A stretch of 61,838 bases of DNA, filler included, from Basidiobolus meristosporus CBS 931.73 (taxonomy: Eukaryota; Fungi; Basidiobolomycota): the NCBI GenBank assembly GCA_002104905.1. It is 3 parts of 3 records of this genome, joined end to end, with 100 filler letters (N's around TTAATTAATTAA, not from the genome) between each part and the next. Parts side by side here need not be neighbours in the genome. Positions count along the whole stretch, not along the records: positions 29,931 to 47,318 come from MCFE01001090.1; positions 47,419 to 61,838 come from MCFE01001177.1; 1 more part is not named here. One strand, 5' to 3'. Below the pieces are notes generated by a model. That model had not been told where the DNA came from. It saw only the letters and a list, made by a program, of their open reading frames with translations, and searched no databases. This document shows, piece by piece, positions 37,388 through 50,400 of the stretch (the stretch's first letter is position 1; every line of letters starts with the position of its first letter). The position numbers and the translations under genes were made by a program.

Positions 37388-37603
37388 ATGTCCATTATCT
37401 GTAACCTCTGCCGGGCCATTGGGTCTCTATTAGTGCTCACGATTGCTGTCAGGGCCTATCCTAGAGGGATGTACGAGATTGCAGACACACCCGAGGCTCA
37501 AGACTTGGCTATTTTTGGATTCATAGGAAGGATCCCCATAATTGGTGCCATTCTCTCTGAGCTACCATACGCCGGTGGCCTATTTGGTGGCTTCTCATAT
37601 TAG
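37388..37603 (+). CDS. Small putative secreted peptide precursor (71 aa)
   Basis: Hydrophobic N-terminus ending IAVRA, acidic spacer and Gly-rich hydrophobic tail; TATAAAA at 37338-37344. Confidence 0.55.
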   Translation: MSIICNLCRAIGSLLVLTIAVRAYPRGMYEIADTPEAQDLAIFGFIGRIPIIGAILSELPYAGGLFGGFSY

Positions 37604-38018
37604 TAGGCTCTGGCAGGGTGTTCCCAATTACTATTTCCTCCCGTAGTCGAACCACCATGTTCTATCAATAATACAGTGTCTTGACTGAACCCTAGTTGGA
37701 AAGTCGCTCCAGATAACTATGGTCTGTTTAGTGAGTTTGCCCCGATGTGTATCAGATGTGGTCACTTGGAATCAGTCTCCTTCAGGGGTTTGATAGGCTC
37801 AGTCAGTTCCACTGGCGCACGAAGAGCAGCTGCCCCTGATGATGATAGATGATACAATGCCAACCACTTCCTTCTTGGAAAGACCTCGATGTTATGTGAG
37901 GTTCGCTTGGTTGTTGCACTAGTGTAATACACCGACAGAGTCGTTTCCCATTTTGCAGATTCGCAAGTTTATTTCTATTCTTTTCTATCCCCGTTCTAAG
38001 AATTGGCGAGCGTATGGC

Positions 38019-39434
38019 TTATACATCGAAAGGGTCCACCTCGTCAATTTCAAGGGCATCGACGTCATTTTCCCGAGCCTTGTCTGATTTATTGTACATG
38101 GTGGAGGGGGCTTGGGGTGTTTGGCCAGTAGTATCGAGTTCTTCGCGGAGTGCCCTGCTCGTACTGCCCTTGGTGGCCTTGCTTGTGGTGAAGGCAAACC
38201 GAGATAGGCGCGTTCTTGTCTTGGTTGATATTGTGCATTGTTGTATATCTACAGGAGAGTCTTGTTGGTTACTTGGACTTGGCGGATCCATGGTTACGCC
38301 TGAATTGGTCACTGAACAATCGTAATCAGGTGAAGGGTTGTAGGGATTGCTAGGTACTGCTAGAGGTGGATGAGAATATGTGGCCAGCGTGTTCGTTTCT
38401 ACTTCATTCTCCTCCTCCTCCTCCTCATCTTCTTCTTCCATATAAGCACTCCATTTTGAAGATTTCGAAGTTGTGTCCTTTGGCTTAGAGATGGGGTCTT
38501 TGTTACTTGGGGAGTCGTATTGGGCAGGCTCATTTTCGTAGGAGAGCCATTTTGATCTCTCGTTGAAGTCGTGGTTGTGAGCGTCACTCGTTTTGCCCTG
38601 AAAATTGTTGGTCAGTTGAAGGTTACCCTACAATTGATTCGATGGCTCGTGTAGTTACGTTTCCTTCAGGCACTAAGTATTCTTTGCCGGAAGCCCCTTT
38701 CTTGTACGAAGCTGATCCGGCAGGCTGCTTCCGTGAATGGGCTTCGTTGATTGATTTGTTATCCCTTGTACGTTTGTTACGCGCTCTATATCTTTTTTGG
38801 GTGGTATTCAGTGCCGACATGTCTGTGGTGAACCCTGGTTCGTAGGAGTCTTCCTAAAAACCAAGACCTTCGCGGTTAGAGACACTTTGGGTGGCGTTTC
38901 GCCAAAGTGGATTACGACACGATTACCGGTTCAGATTCTTCGGAAGCGTAGGTGCTCCATTTTGAAGTTTCCAGCTGACTTTGGACATTTTCCGGAGTAC
39001 GTTCCCTTGGAGCCGGTGAGTGGTCTGTCGAGCCATAGCCCTCAGCCGAGAGGAACTCGGGAAAGCCTCGCTTCTCGTCGAGTTCCTTTCGTTTCAGATT
39101 TAACTGTTGGACCGCTTGGCGACAATCTTTGGCGTTCTCGGAGTCGAAATACACCTAAAACACCCCAAGTGGGGAGGGAAGTTGAGAAACCAGTTTAAGG
39201 AGCGCCCAACACCCGCCATCCGCTTACTCTCTTGATACTCTGCTTCTCGCCACACACTTTGCACTGCCATTTGGGTGCCTTTTTGACCTAAGTTACAAAC
39301 GTGATTTTTCACTACGTCAATGGATCTTCGTTGGCTTGGGTGGATGAACGTGGAAGTCGGTGTGCACCAACCTGCTGGGACTGAAATATTCCGCACGTGT
39401 CCACGTAGCAACGAACTACCTGAAAGTGCGGCAT
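38019..39434 (-). CDS. MRNIP: MRN-complex-interacting protein (MRNIP/C5orf45)-like, about 4 introns
   Basis: Spliced N-terminus MPHFQVVRCYVDTCGIFQSQQ|VKKAPKWQCKVCGEKQSIK|VYFDSENAKDCRQAVQQLN follows the MRNIP zinc-ribbon pattern; long low-complexity tail. Confidence 0.8.
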
Positions 39435-40272
39435 TGCAAAGGTTTACCCAGGTTGCACGCATCCAATTCGTATATATCCACTTGGTCATCACGTGAATCT
39501 GCCTTCCTCAAATGGAATGGCCAGTTAGCCATTGCTTGGTGGGTATATGCTGATTTCCCTCGAGATCCTATTGAAAATACTCATTATGAATACCTTATGT
39601 GAGGCTGCGATCAGTTGATCATGATTCCTCATCACCTTGAGTGTTTGTGATAGCGTTCAGATCCCATACATCACCAATTCGTTTAATATCAATGGCTCGG
39701 TGTTGGCTAACTTGCATGCGTTGAACGAGTGACTTGTTGGAAGTTATTGATTGATCCGAAATGGATTTTTGGCAGGTAAAAGCAATTGAATATGGTGGGA
39801 CCATGGAAATTATCTGAACCCCTCCAATCATCATTGCACTTGCATTCATCACCTTCAAAGCCATTGCATATCCTGTACACACCGTGAATTTTGTGTATAC
39901 ACCAAAATATTTACCCTAGTCTGGTCACTTGAATGACAGCACATGAACTTGGGTATTTCCAGAACAAACTCCCAGTTGAGATTTGATCAAAAAGGTCCTT
40001 GGAATTCATCCAATTTTCTGATGGTATTTGGCTGGTGATTTTCCTTCAAATATTTAGTTGCAATTTTTGGTGGAAGTGTAGGGCAGCTGATGACCTGGTT
40101 TGGTAGGAATGCTGGTTGGCCTAGTCTCCTCCTAAAAAGTATGTTTGCTTGTCTATCCAAAAGCTAGTATTTGAATTATTAGGAGTTGGCAGTCTTGAGA
40201 AACTTGAAACTTGGTTGAAATTATAATGGTATTTTACTGGCCTTCACTTGATTTCTTTCTTAGGGGTATCGG

Positions 40273-43200
40273 TGTTGTAAAAATTTGTAATTCCACCTAA
40301 ATATTCACCTAACTTAGTCAATTAGATCATCACCTTCAAATCCTAGAGAATACTGACCAAATCCCTTGTCAGGATTTACTTGGAATACTTTCACCAAAAT
40401 ACCAGGTACCCAGAACATGAAAATTAGATAAGTTGTCCAAACAGCCCCAAACTTTGCACACATGCTCTTGGGACCTTTCTTAATCTATTCTACATGCTTG
40501 TAATGCCAAGACCAGGTAAAAGTATAAATACTACTTTTACATTCAATAAATCATTAAGTTAAAACCACATAATCTACTTGTTCTCCCAATCACTTCCAAT
40601 ATCTCCAAGACTCTTACAACAGGCTATGAGCCCCAAGCTGTCACGCTCTGCAATGTCTACTACTGCTATTACTGGACTTTTTCCCTCTGCTGAAAAGTTG
40701 GATGGATCTAACTACCAAGTGTGGAACATGAAGATGAAGATGCTGCTACAAGAAAGAGGCCTTTGGGATATTGTCATGGGAGAAGAATGCCCTCCTAAAA
40801 ACGTGGGAGAGGAAGCCTTAAAGTACCAGAAGAAAGAACAAAGTGCCTTTAACTGCATTTGCCTTAATGTCAAGGACAAATTGCTAATTCAATGCTCAAG
40901 AGCAAAAACGGCAAAGAATGCCTGGAAGGCATTGGAAGACACCTACCAGTCATGTTCAGCTGCCAAGAAAATGTATCTGAGACAAAAATTCTTTACTACA
41001 AAGATGCTGCCAGGAGAAGAAATGAAAAATTTAATTAACAGAATTACCCTGCTGGTAGATGAGATGGAATCTGTGGGCGTACCAACTACTGATGAGGATG
41101 TGATAGTTACCATCCTGAATAGCCTGACAGACAAGTTTCAGGGCCTTGTATCAGCCCTAGAGTCCAGAACTGAAGATTTGACCTTAAATTACGTATATGG
41201 AAGGCTCCTTGATGAAGAATTAAGAAAATCAAGCGCCAATAAGAAGGAAGAAGAAAATGCTTTAATAAGCAATGATAACCAACAAAGGAGTTACCCAAGA
41301 CCCTACAAAGGCAACAGCAACCTATTTTGCAACTACTGCAAAAGGAAAGGACACACATCAGACCGGTGTCTCAAAAAGAAAGATAATCAGCAAAAGAAGC
41401 CTGAATATGGAAATGCTGCAACAACTGAAGATATACTATTCATATCTGCTCTAAATATGACCACAAACAAGGATTCTCAGACGTGGTATATTGACTCTGG
41501 AGCTTCTCAACACTTTACACACCAAAAAGAACTTTTTACCCAATATCAAGAAATTCCAATTAAGAAGGTTTTCATGGGTGACAATAGAACACTTGATGCA
41601 GTGGGAGAAGGAACTATCCAAGTAAACCTTAGAAGCAGTGAAGGAAGCCATACACTGACCTTTAAAGAAGTACTCTATGTACCAGAAATAGCCAAGAACC
41701 TACTCTCTGTAAGCAAGGCCACAGCAGAAGGACTCAGTTTCAACTTAGACAATTCTGGATGCAGGATCACTGATTAAAATGGTGCTTATACTGATTTGGG
41801 TATCAGAGATCAGAGTCTGTAAAAGTAGACTTATATTCCATCATATCTGGAAACCAATACAAGTAACTTGAATGAAGTAAAACCAATGCTTTGGCACAGG
41901 AGATTTGGACACATCAATTATGATTATTTGTACAAACTAATCAAAGATCAGCTAATTTCCAGAGTAAAAATTGCTCCCCCAGCTAATTTGGTGCACTGCA
42001 AAGCCTGCATAGATGGAAGACAAGCCAGACAACCATTTGATAGCTCTGGGTTAATCAAAACTAAGAAAAATTAGATCTAATTAACTCAGGTCTGTGTGGA
42101 CCAATGCAAAATGTATCCTTGGGTAGGGTGAAGTGTTTAATCACTTTTATTGATGATTATACAAGATACATATGAGTCTACTTTGTGAAGAGAAAGGAAG
42201 AGGCTCTGTCTAAGCTCAGGGAGTTTAAAGCCATGGTGGAGAGAAAAATTGGTAAAAATATTAAGAATATACGCTCTGACAATGGTGGAGAATATACCTC
42301 AAAACTCTTGATCCACTTCTACAAAATTCATGGGAAAAGCAAGAGACTGCTGTACTGTATTCCCCACAGCAAAGTGGAGTAGCAAAACATGCAAATAGAT
42401 CAATAATTGATATTGTATGAACTATGATCCACATCCAAAAATTATCCTATGATATTTGGGTGGAATCAGTTGCCACTGCTGTATATCTTGAAAATAGGAG
42501 CTATAATAAAATACTTTGAGATTCTACTCCATTAGAAGCATGGTATGGATACAGACCAAGTGCAGAACATCTAAGAGTATTTGGGTGTACAGCATATGCC
42601 AAGATATTGCCCAGAAATCTGTCATAATTTGAGTCAAAAAGTGTAAAATGCATATTTTTGGGTTACTGCAGTGAGAGTAAAGCATAGAGACTCTACAATA
42701 CCAAAGCAAAGAAGCTAAGCAAGTCCAGGGATATGTTTGATGAAAATTCAAAATTTTTGCAAAAAATATCATCATATAATTACAAAAATCTGATCTCAAG
42801 TCTATCAATTGTCAGGATTGAATCAGAGCAAAACAATGAAATTTTTTTCACTCCAGCAGACTCTACAACTGTGGTTCAGCCTGAAGTAGTGCCCAGGAAT
42901 ATCCCAGAAGTGATCATTCTAGTATCAAATGCCCAGAGATCCAATTGGACAAGAAATAGCCTAATTTACTACATCAATGAGGGTACAAACCTAGTCAATG
43001 CTTATGCAGTCCATATTGATGAGCCCCACACTGTAAAAGAGGCCCTAAATAGCCCTCAGATGAGGTTTGGAGATCTGCAATGACTGAGGAATATCAGGCC
43101 CGGATGGAAAATCAAAGTAGGGACTAAGTTAAATTACCAATCAACCAAAAATCAACTGGATTCATATGGGTCTTCAAGACAAATACAAGGCTGATGGTAT

Positions 43201-43624
43201 AACTGAAAGATACAAAGGAAGACCTAGGGCCAAAGGTTTCTCTCAAACAAAAGGACTTGACTATACTGAGACCTTTGCACTGGTAGCCCAGCTTAATTTC
43301 ATTAGATTCATATTGGCTATTGCAGCCAAATATAAGTTTTTTATTCATCAAATGGATGTAAAATTGCATTTTTGAATGGACATGTATATGGACCAGCCTG
43401 ATGGGTTGGTTGACCAAGATAACCCCCATTTGGTCTGCAAGCTTAAAAAGTCCCTGTAGGGTCTTAAGCAATCACCAAGAGCCTGGAATTGCAAGATAGA
43501 TTCTTATTTTGAATCTTTGAGTTTCAAAAGGAGTAATGCTGACTATAGTATATGCTATAAGCCAGATAGAGCAAATCCAGTTCTATTAGCTCTATATGTG
43601 GATGATCTTAATATAGCCACTAAT
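40273..43624 (+). mobile_element. Copia element D (5' LTR 40273-40621, gag, decayed pol), interrupted in RT by element E
   Basis: 349-bp LTR, PBS variant GGCTATGAGCCCC, gag ORF to a stop at 41775-41777, decayed pol cut at YVDDLNIATN. Confidence 0.92.
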
Positions 43625-46600
43625 TGTTGTAAAATTTGTAATTTCCACCTAAATATTCACCTAACTTAGTCACTTAGATCATTACCCTCAAATCCTAGAG
43701 AATACTGACCAAATTCCTAGTCGGGATTTACTTAGAATATTTTCACCAAAATACCAGGTACCCAGAACATGAAAATTAGATAAGTTGTCCAAACAGCCCC
43801 AAACTTTGCACACATGTTCTTGGGACCTTCCTTAGCCTATTCTACGTGTTTGTAATGCCAAGACCAGGTAAAAGTATAAATACCACTTTTACATTCAATA
43901 AATCATTAAGTGAAAACCACATAATCTACTTGTTCTCCAAGTCACTTCCAATATCTCCAAGACTCTTACAACAGGTTATGAGCCCCGAGCTGTCACTCTC
44001 TGCAATGTCTACTACTGCTATTACTGGAATTTTTCCCTCTGCTGAAAAGTTGGATGGATCTAACTACCAAGTGTGGAAGGTGAAGATGAAGATGCTGCTA
44101 CAAGAAAGAGGCCTTTGGGATATTGTCATGGGAGAAGAATGCCCTCCTAAAAACGTGGGAGAGGAAGCCTTAAAGTACCAGAAGAAAGAACAAAGTGCCT
44201 TTAACTGCATTTGCCTTAATGTCAAGGACAAATTGCTAATTCAATGCTCAAGAGCAAAAACGGCAAAAAATGCCTGGAAAGCATTAGAAGACATCTACCA
44301 GTCATGTTCAGCTGCCAAGAAAATGTATCTGAGAAGAAAATTCTTTACTACAAAGATGCTGCCAGGAGAAGAAATGAAAAATCTAATTAACAGAATTACC
44401 CTGCTGGTAGATGAGATGGAATCTGTGGGCGTACCAACTACTGATGAGGATGTGATAGTTACCATCCTGAATAGCCTGACAGACGAGTTTCAGGGCCTTG
44501 TATCAGCCCTAGAGTCCAGAACTGAAGATTTGACCTTAAATTACGTATATGGAAGGCTCCTGGATGAAGAATTAAGAAAATCAAGCACCAATAAGAAGGA
44601 AGAAGAAAATGCTTTAATAAGCAATGATAACCAACAAAGGAGTTACCCAAGACCCTACAAAGGCAACAGCAACCTATTTTGCAACTACTGCAAAAGGAAA
44701 GGACACACATCAGACCGGTGTTTCAAAAAGAGAGATTATCAGCAAAAGAAGCCTGAATATGGAAATGCTGCAACAACTGAAGATAGACTATTCATATCTG
44801 CACTAAATATGACCACAAACAAGGATTCTCAGACGTGGTATATTGACTCTGGAGCTTCTCAACACTTTACACACCAAAAAGAACTTTTTACCCAATATCA
44901 AGAAATTCCAATTAAGAAGGTTTTCATGGGTGACAATAGAACACTTGATGCAGTGGGAGAAGGAACTGTCCAAGTAAATCTTAGAAGCAGTGAAGGAAGC
45001 CATACACTGACCTTTAAAGAAGTACTCTATGTACCAGAAATAGCCAAGAACCTACTCTCTGTAAGCAAGGCCACAGCAGAAGGACTCAGTTTCAGTTTTG
45101 ACAATTCTGGATGCAGGATCACTGATCAAAATGGTGCTCATATTGCTTCAGGCATCAGAGATCAGAATCTATACAAGTTGACTTATATTCCATCATATCT
45201 GGAAGCCAATATAAGTAACTTAAATGAAGAAACACCAATGCTTTGGCACAGGAGATTTGGGCACATCAATTTTGATTACTTGCGCAAAATGATCAAAGAT
45301 CAGCTAATATCTGGAGTGAAAATTGATCCCCCAGCTAATTTGGAGCACTGTGAAGCCTGCATATATGGGAAACAAGCCAGACAACCGTTCAAGAGCTCTG
45401 GGTTAATCAAAACCAAGAAAAAATTAGATCTAATTCACTCAGATCTGTGTGGACCTATGCAAAATTTATCCTTAGGTGGGATGAAGTATTTAATCACTTT
45501 TATTGATGATTATACAAGATACACATGGGTCTACTTCATGGAGAGAAAGGAAGAAGCTCTGTCTAAGTTCAGGGAGTTTAAAGCCATGGTGGAGAGAGAA
45601 ACTGGTGAAAAAATCAAGAAAATACGCTCTGACAATGGTGGAGAATATACCTCAAAACTCTTCATCCACTTCTGCAAAATTCATGGGATAAAGCAAGAGA
45701 CTACTGTACCATACTCCCCACAGCAAAATGGAGTAGCAGAACAAGCTAACAGATCAATAATTGATATGGCAAGATCTATGATCCATGATCAAAAATTATC
45801 CTATGATTTTTGGGCGGAATCAGTTGCCACTGCTGTATACCTTAAAAATAGGAGTTATAACAGAATACTTCGTGATTCTACTCCATTTGAAGCATGGTAT
45901 GGATACAGACCAAGTGCAGAACATCTAAGAATATTTGGGTGTACAGCATATGCCAAAAAACTGGCCGGAAATCAGTCAAAATTTGAGCCAAAAAGTGTAA
46001 AATGCATATTTTTGGCTACTGCAATGAGAGTAAGGCATACAGACTCTACAATACCAAAGCAAAGAAGCTGATCAAGTCCAGGGATGTGTTGTTTGATGAA
46101 AATTCAAAATTTTCACAAAAAATGACATCAGATGATGACAAAAATTTGATCTCAAGTCCACCAATTGTCAGGATTGAATCAGAGCAAAACAATGAAAATT
46201 TTTTCACTCCAGAGGACTCTACAACCGTGGTTCAGCCAGAATCAGTGCCCAGGAATATCCCAGAAGTGATCATTCCAGTATCAAATGCCCAGGAGATCCA
46301 ATCGGACAAGAAATAGCCCAAATTACTATATCAATGAGGGTACAAACTTAGCCTATGCCTATTCAGTCCATATTGATGAACCCCAGACTGTAAAAGAGGC
46401 CCTAAATAGCCCTCAGACAAAGTTTTGGAGATCTGCAATGACTGAGGAATATCAGGCCCTGATGGAAAATCAAACTTGGGACTTAGTCAAATTACCAATC
46501 AACCAAAAATCAATTGGATGCAGATGGGTCTTCAAGACAAAATACAAGGCTGATGGTACAATTGAAAGATACAAAGCAAGACTTGTAGCCAAAGGATACT

Positions 46601-47318
46601 CTCAAACAAAAGGACTTGACTATACTGAGACCTTTGCACCGGTAGCCAAGTTTAATTCCATCAGATTAATATTGGCTATTGCAGCCAAATATAAGTTTTT
46701 TATTCATCAAATGGATGTAAAAACTGCATTTTTGAATGGAGAACTTGATGAGGACGTGTATATGGACCAGCCTGATGGGTTTGTTGACCAAGATAACCCC
46801 CATTTGGTCTGCAAGCTTAAAAAGTCACTATATGGTCTCAAACAATCACCAAGAGCCTGGAATTGCAAGATAGATTCTTATTTGGAATCTTTGAGTTTCA
46901 AAAGGAGTAATGCTGACTATAGTATATACTATAAGCCAGATAGAGCAAATCCAGTTCTATTAGCTCTATATGTGGATGATCTTATTATAGCCACCAATAA
47001 CCTAGAAACATTGGAAGAGACTAAATCCAGCCTATCTAAGGAGTTCAAGATGTCCAATCTAGGAGAACTTAGTTACTACTTAGGGATTAAGTTCTCCATA
47101 GACAGAAGTACCCAGACTATTACCCTAAGCCAATCCAAGTATATTCAAGATATACTAAAGAAGTACAAAATGGAAGACTGTAAACCGGCAGCTACCCCAA
47201 TGGAGACAAACCTTAACTTGGTCAAAAACTCAACCAAATCAAGAGAGCTTGGTGCCATCTGAAAGCCCTGACTTTCCTTATCAATCTATGGTCGGCAGTC
47301 TGATGTATATCATGCTTG
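43625..47318 (+). mobile_element. Copia element E (5' LTR 43625-43973, near-intact gag-pol, cut by the gap)
   Basis: PBS 43974-43986. The ORF is broken only by three 1-bp indels (~46012, ~46292, ~47225). Confidence 0.95.
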
Positions 47319-47418
47319 NNNNNNNNNNNNNNNNNNNNNNNNNNNNNNNNNNNNNNNNNNNNTTAATTAATTAANNNNNNNNNNNNNNNNNNNNNNNNNN
47401 NNNNNNNNNNNNNNNNNN
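47319..47418. other. Assembly gap spacer
   Basis: 44 N + TTAATTAATTAA + 44 N. Confidence 0.97.
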
Positions 47419-50400
47419 GTCATGGGAGAAGAATGCCCTCCTAAAAACGTGGGAGAGGAAGCCTTAAAGTACCAGAAGAAAGAACAAAGTGCCTTTAACT
47501 GAATTTGCCTTAATGTCAAGGACAAATTGCTAATTCAATGCTCAAGAGCAAAAACGGCAAATAATGCCTGGAAGGCATTAGAAGACACCTACCAGTCATG
47601 TTCAGCTGCCAAGAAAATGTATCTGAGAAGAAAATTCTTTACTACAAAGATGCTGCCAGGAGAAGAAATGAAAAATCTAATTAACAGAATTACCCTGCTG
47701 GTCGATGAGATGGAATCTGTGGGCGTACCAACTACTGATGAGGATGTGATAGTTACCATCCTGAATAGCCTGACAGACAAGTTTCAGGACCTTGTATCAG
47801 CCCTAGAGTCCAGAACTGAAGATTTGACCTTAAATTACGTATATGGAAGGCTCCTGGATGAAGAATTAAGAAAATCAAGTGCCAATAAGAAGGAAGAAGA
47901 AAATGCTTTAATAAGCAATGATAACCAACAAAGGAGGTACCCAAGACCCTACAAAGGCAACAGCAACCTATTTTGCAACTACTGCAAAAGGAAAGGACAC
48001 ACATCAGACCGGTGTTTCAAAAAGAGAGATTATCAGCAAAAGAAGCCTGAATATGGAAATGCTGCAACAACTGAAGATAGACTATTCATATCTGCACTAA
48101 ATATGACCACAAACAAGGATTCTCAGACGTGGTATATTGACTCTGGAGCTTCTCAACACTTTACACACCAAAAAGAACTTTTTACCCAATATCAAGAAAT
48201 TCCAATTAAGAAGGTTTTCATGGGTGACAATAGAACACTTGATGCAGTGGGAGAAGGAACTATCCAAGTAAACCTTAGAAGCAGTGAAGGAAGCCATACA
48301 CTGACCTTTAAAGAAGTACTCTATGTACCAGAAATAGCCAAGAACCTACTCTCTGTAAGCAAGGCCACAGCAGAAGGACTCAGTTTCAGTTTTGACAATT
48401 CTGGATGCAGGATCACTGATCAAAATGGTGCCCATATTGCTTCGGGCATCAGAGATCAAAATCTATACAAGTTGACTTATATTCCATCATATCTGGAAGC
48501 CAATATAAGTAACTTAAATGAAGAAACACCAATACTTTGGCACAGGAGATTTGGGCACATCAATTTTGATTATTTGCGTAAAATGATCAAAGATCAGCTA
48601 ATTTCTGGAGTGAAAATTGATCCCCCAGCTAATTTGGAGTACTGTGAGGCCCGCATATATGGGAAACAAGCCAGACAACCGTTCAAGAGCTCTGGGTTAA
48701 TCAAAACTAAGAAAAAATTAGATCTAATTCACTCAGATCTGTGTGGACCTATGCAAAATTTATCCTTAGGCGGGATGAAGTTTTTAATCACTTTTATTGA
48801 TGATTATACAAGATACACATGGGTCTACTTCATGGAGAGAAAGGAAGAAGCTCTGTCTAAGTTCAGGGAGTTTAAAGCCATGGTGGAGAGAGAAACTGGT
48901 GAAAAAATCAAGAAAATACGCTCTGACAATGGTGGAGAATATACCTCAAAACTCTTCATCCACTTCTGCAAAATTCATGGGATAAAGCAAGAGACTACTG
49001 TACCATACTCCCCACAGCAAAATGGAGTAGCAGAACGAGCTAACAGATCAATAATTGATATGGCAAGATCTATGATCCATGATCAAAAATTATCATATGA
49101 TTTTTGGGCGGAATCAGTTGCCACTGCTGTATACCTTAAAAATAGGAGTTATAACAGAATACTTCGTGATTCTACTCCATTTGAAGCATGGTATGGATAC
49201 AGACCAAATGCAGAACATCTAAGAATATTTGGGTGCACAGCATATGCCAAAAAACTGGCCGGAAATCAGTCAAAATTTGAGCCACAAAGTGTAAAATGCA
49301 TATTTTTGGGCTACTGCAATGAGAGTAAGGCATACAGACTCTACAATACCAAAGCAAAGAAGCTTATCAAGTCCAGGGATGTGTTGTTTGATGAAAATTC
49401 AAAATTTTCACCAAAAATGACATCAGATGATGACGATAATTTGATCTCAAGTCCACCAATTGTCAGGATTGAATCAGAGCAAAACAATGAAAATTTTTTC
49501 ACTCCAGAGGACTCTACAACCGTGGTTCAGCCAGAATCAGTGCCTAGGAATATCCCAGAAGTGATCATTCCAGTATCAAATGCCCGGAGATCAAATCGGA
49601 CAAGAAATAGCCCAAATTACTATATTAATGAGGGTACAAACTTAGCCTATGCCTATTCAGTCCATATTGATGAACCCCAGACTGTAAAAGAGGCCCTAAA
49701 TAGCCCTCAGACAAAGTTTTTGGAGATCTGCAATGACTGAGGAATATCAGGCCCTGATGGAAAATCAAACTTGGGACTTAGTCAAATTACAAATCAACCA
49801 AAAATCAATTGGATGCAGATGGGTCTTCAAGACAAAGTACAAGGCTGATGGTACAATTGAAAGATACAAAGCAAGACTTGTAGCCAAAGGATACTCTCAA
49901 ACAAAAGGACTTGACTATACTGAGACCTTTGCACCGGTAGCCAAGTTTAATTCCATCAGATTAATATTGGCTATTGCAGCCAAATATAAGTTTTTTATTC
50001 ATCAAATGGATGTAAAAACTGCATTTTTGAATGGAGAACTTGATGAGGATGTGTATATGGACCGGCCTGATGGGTTTGTTGACCAAAATAATCCCCATTT
50101 GGTCTGCAAGCTTAAAAAGTCACTATATGGTCTCAAACAATCACCAAGAGCCTGGAATTGCAAGATAGATTCTTTGGAATCTTTGAGTTTCAGAAGAAGT
50201 AATGCTGACTATAGTATATACTATAAGCCAGATAGAGCAAATCCAGTTCTATTAGCTCTATATGTGGATGATCTTATTATAGCCGCCAATAACCTAGAAA
50301 CATTGGAAGAGACTAAATCCAGCCTATCTAAGGAGTTCAAGATGTCCGATCTAGGAGAACTTAGTTACTACTTAGGGATTAAGTTCTCCATAGACAGAAG

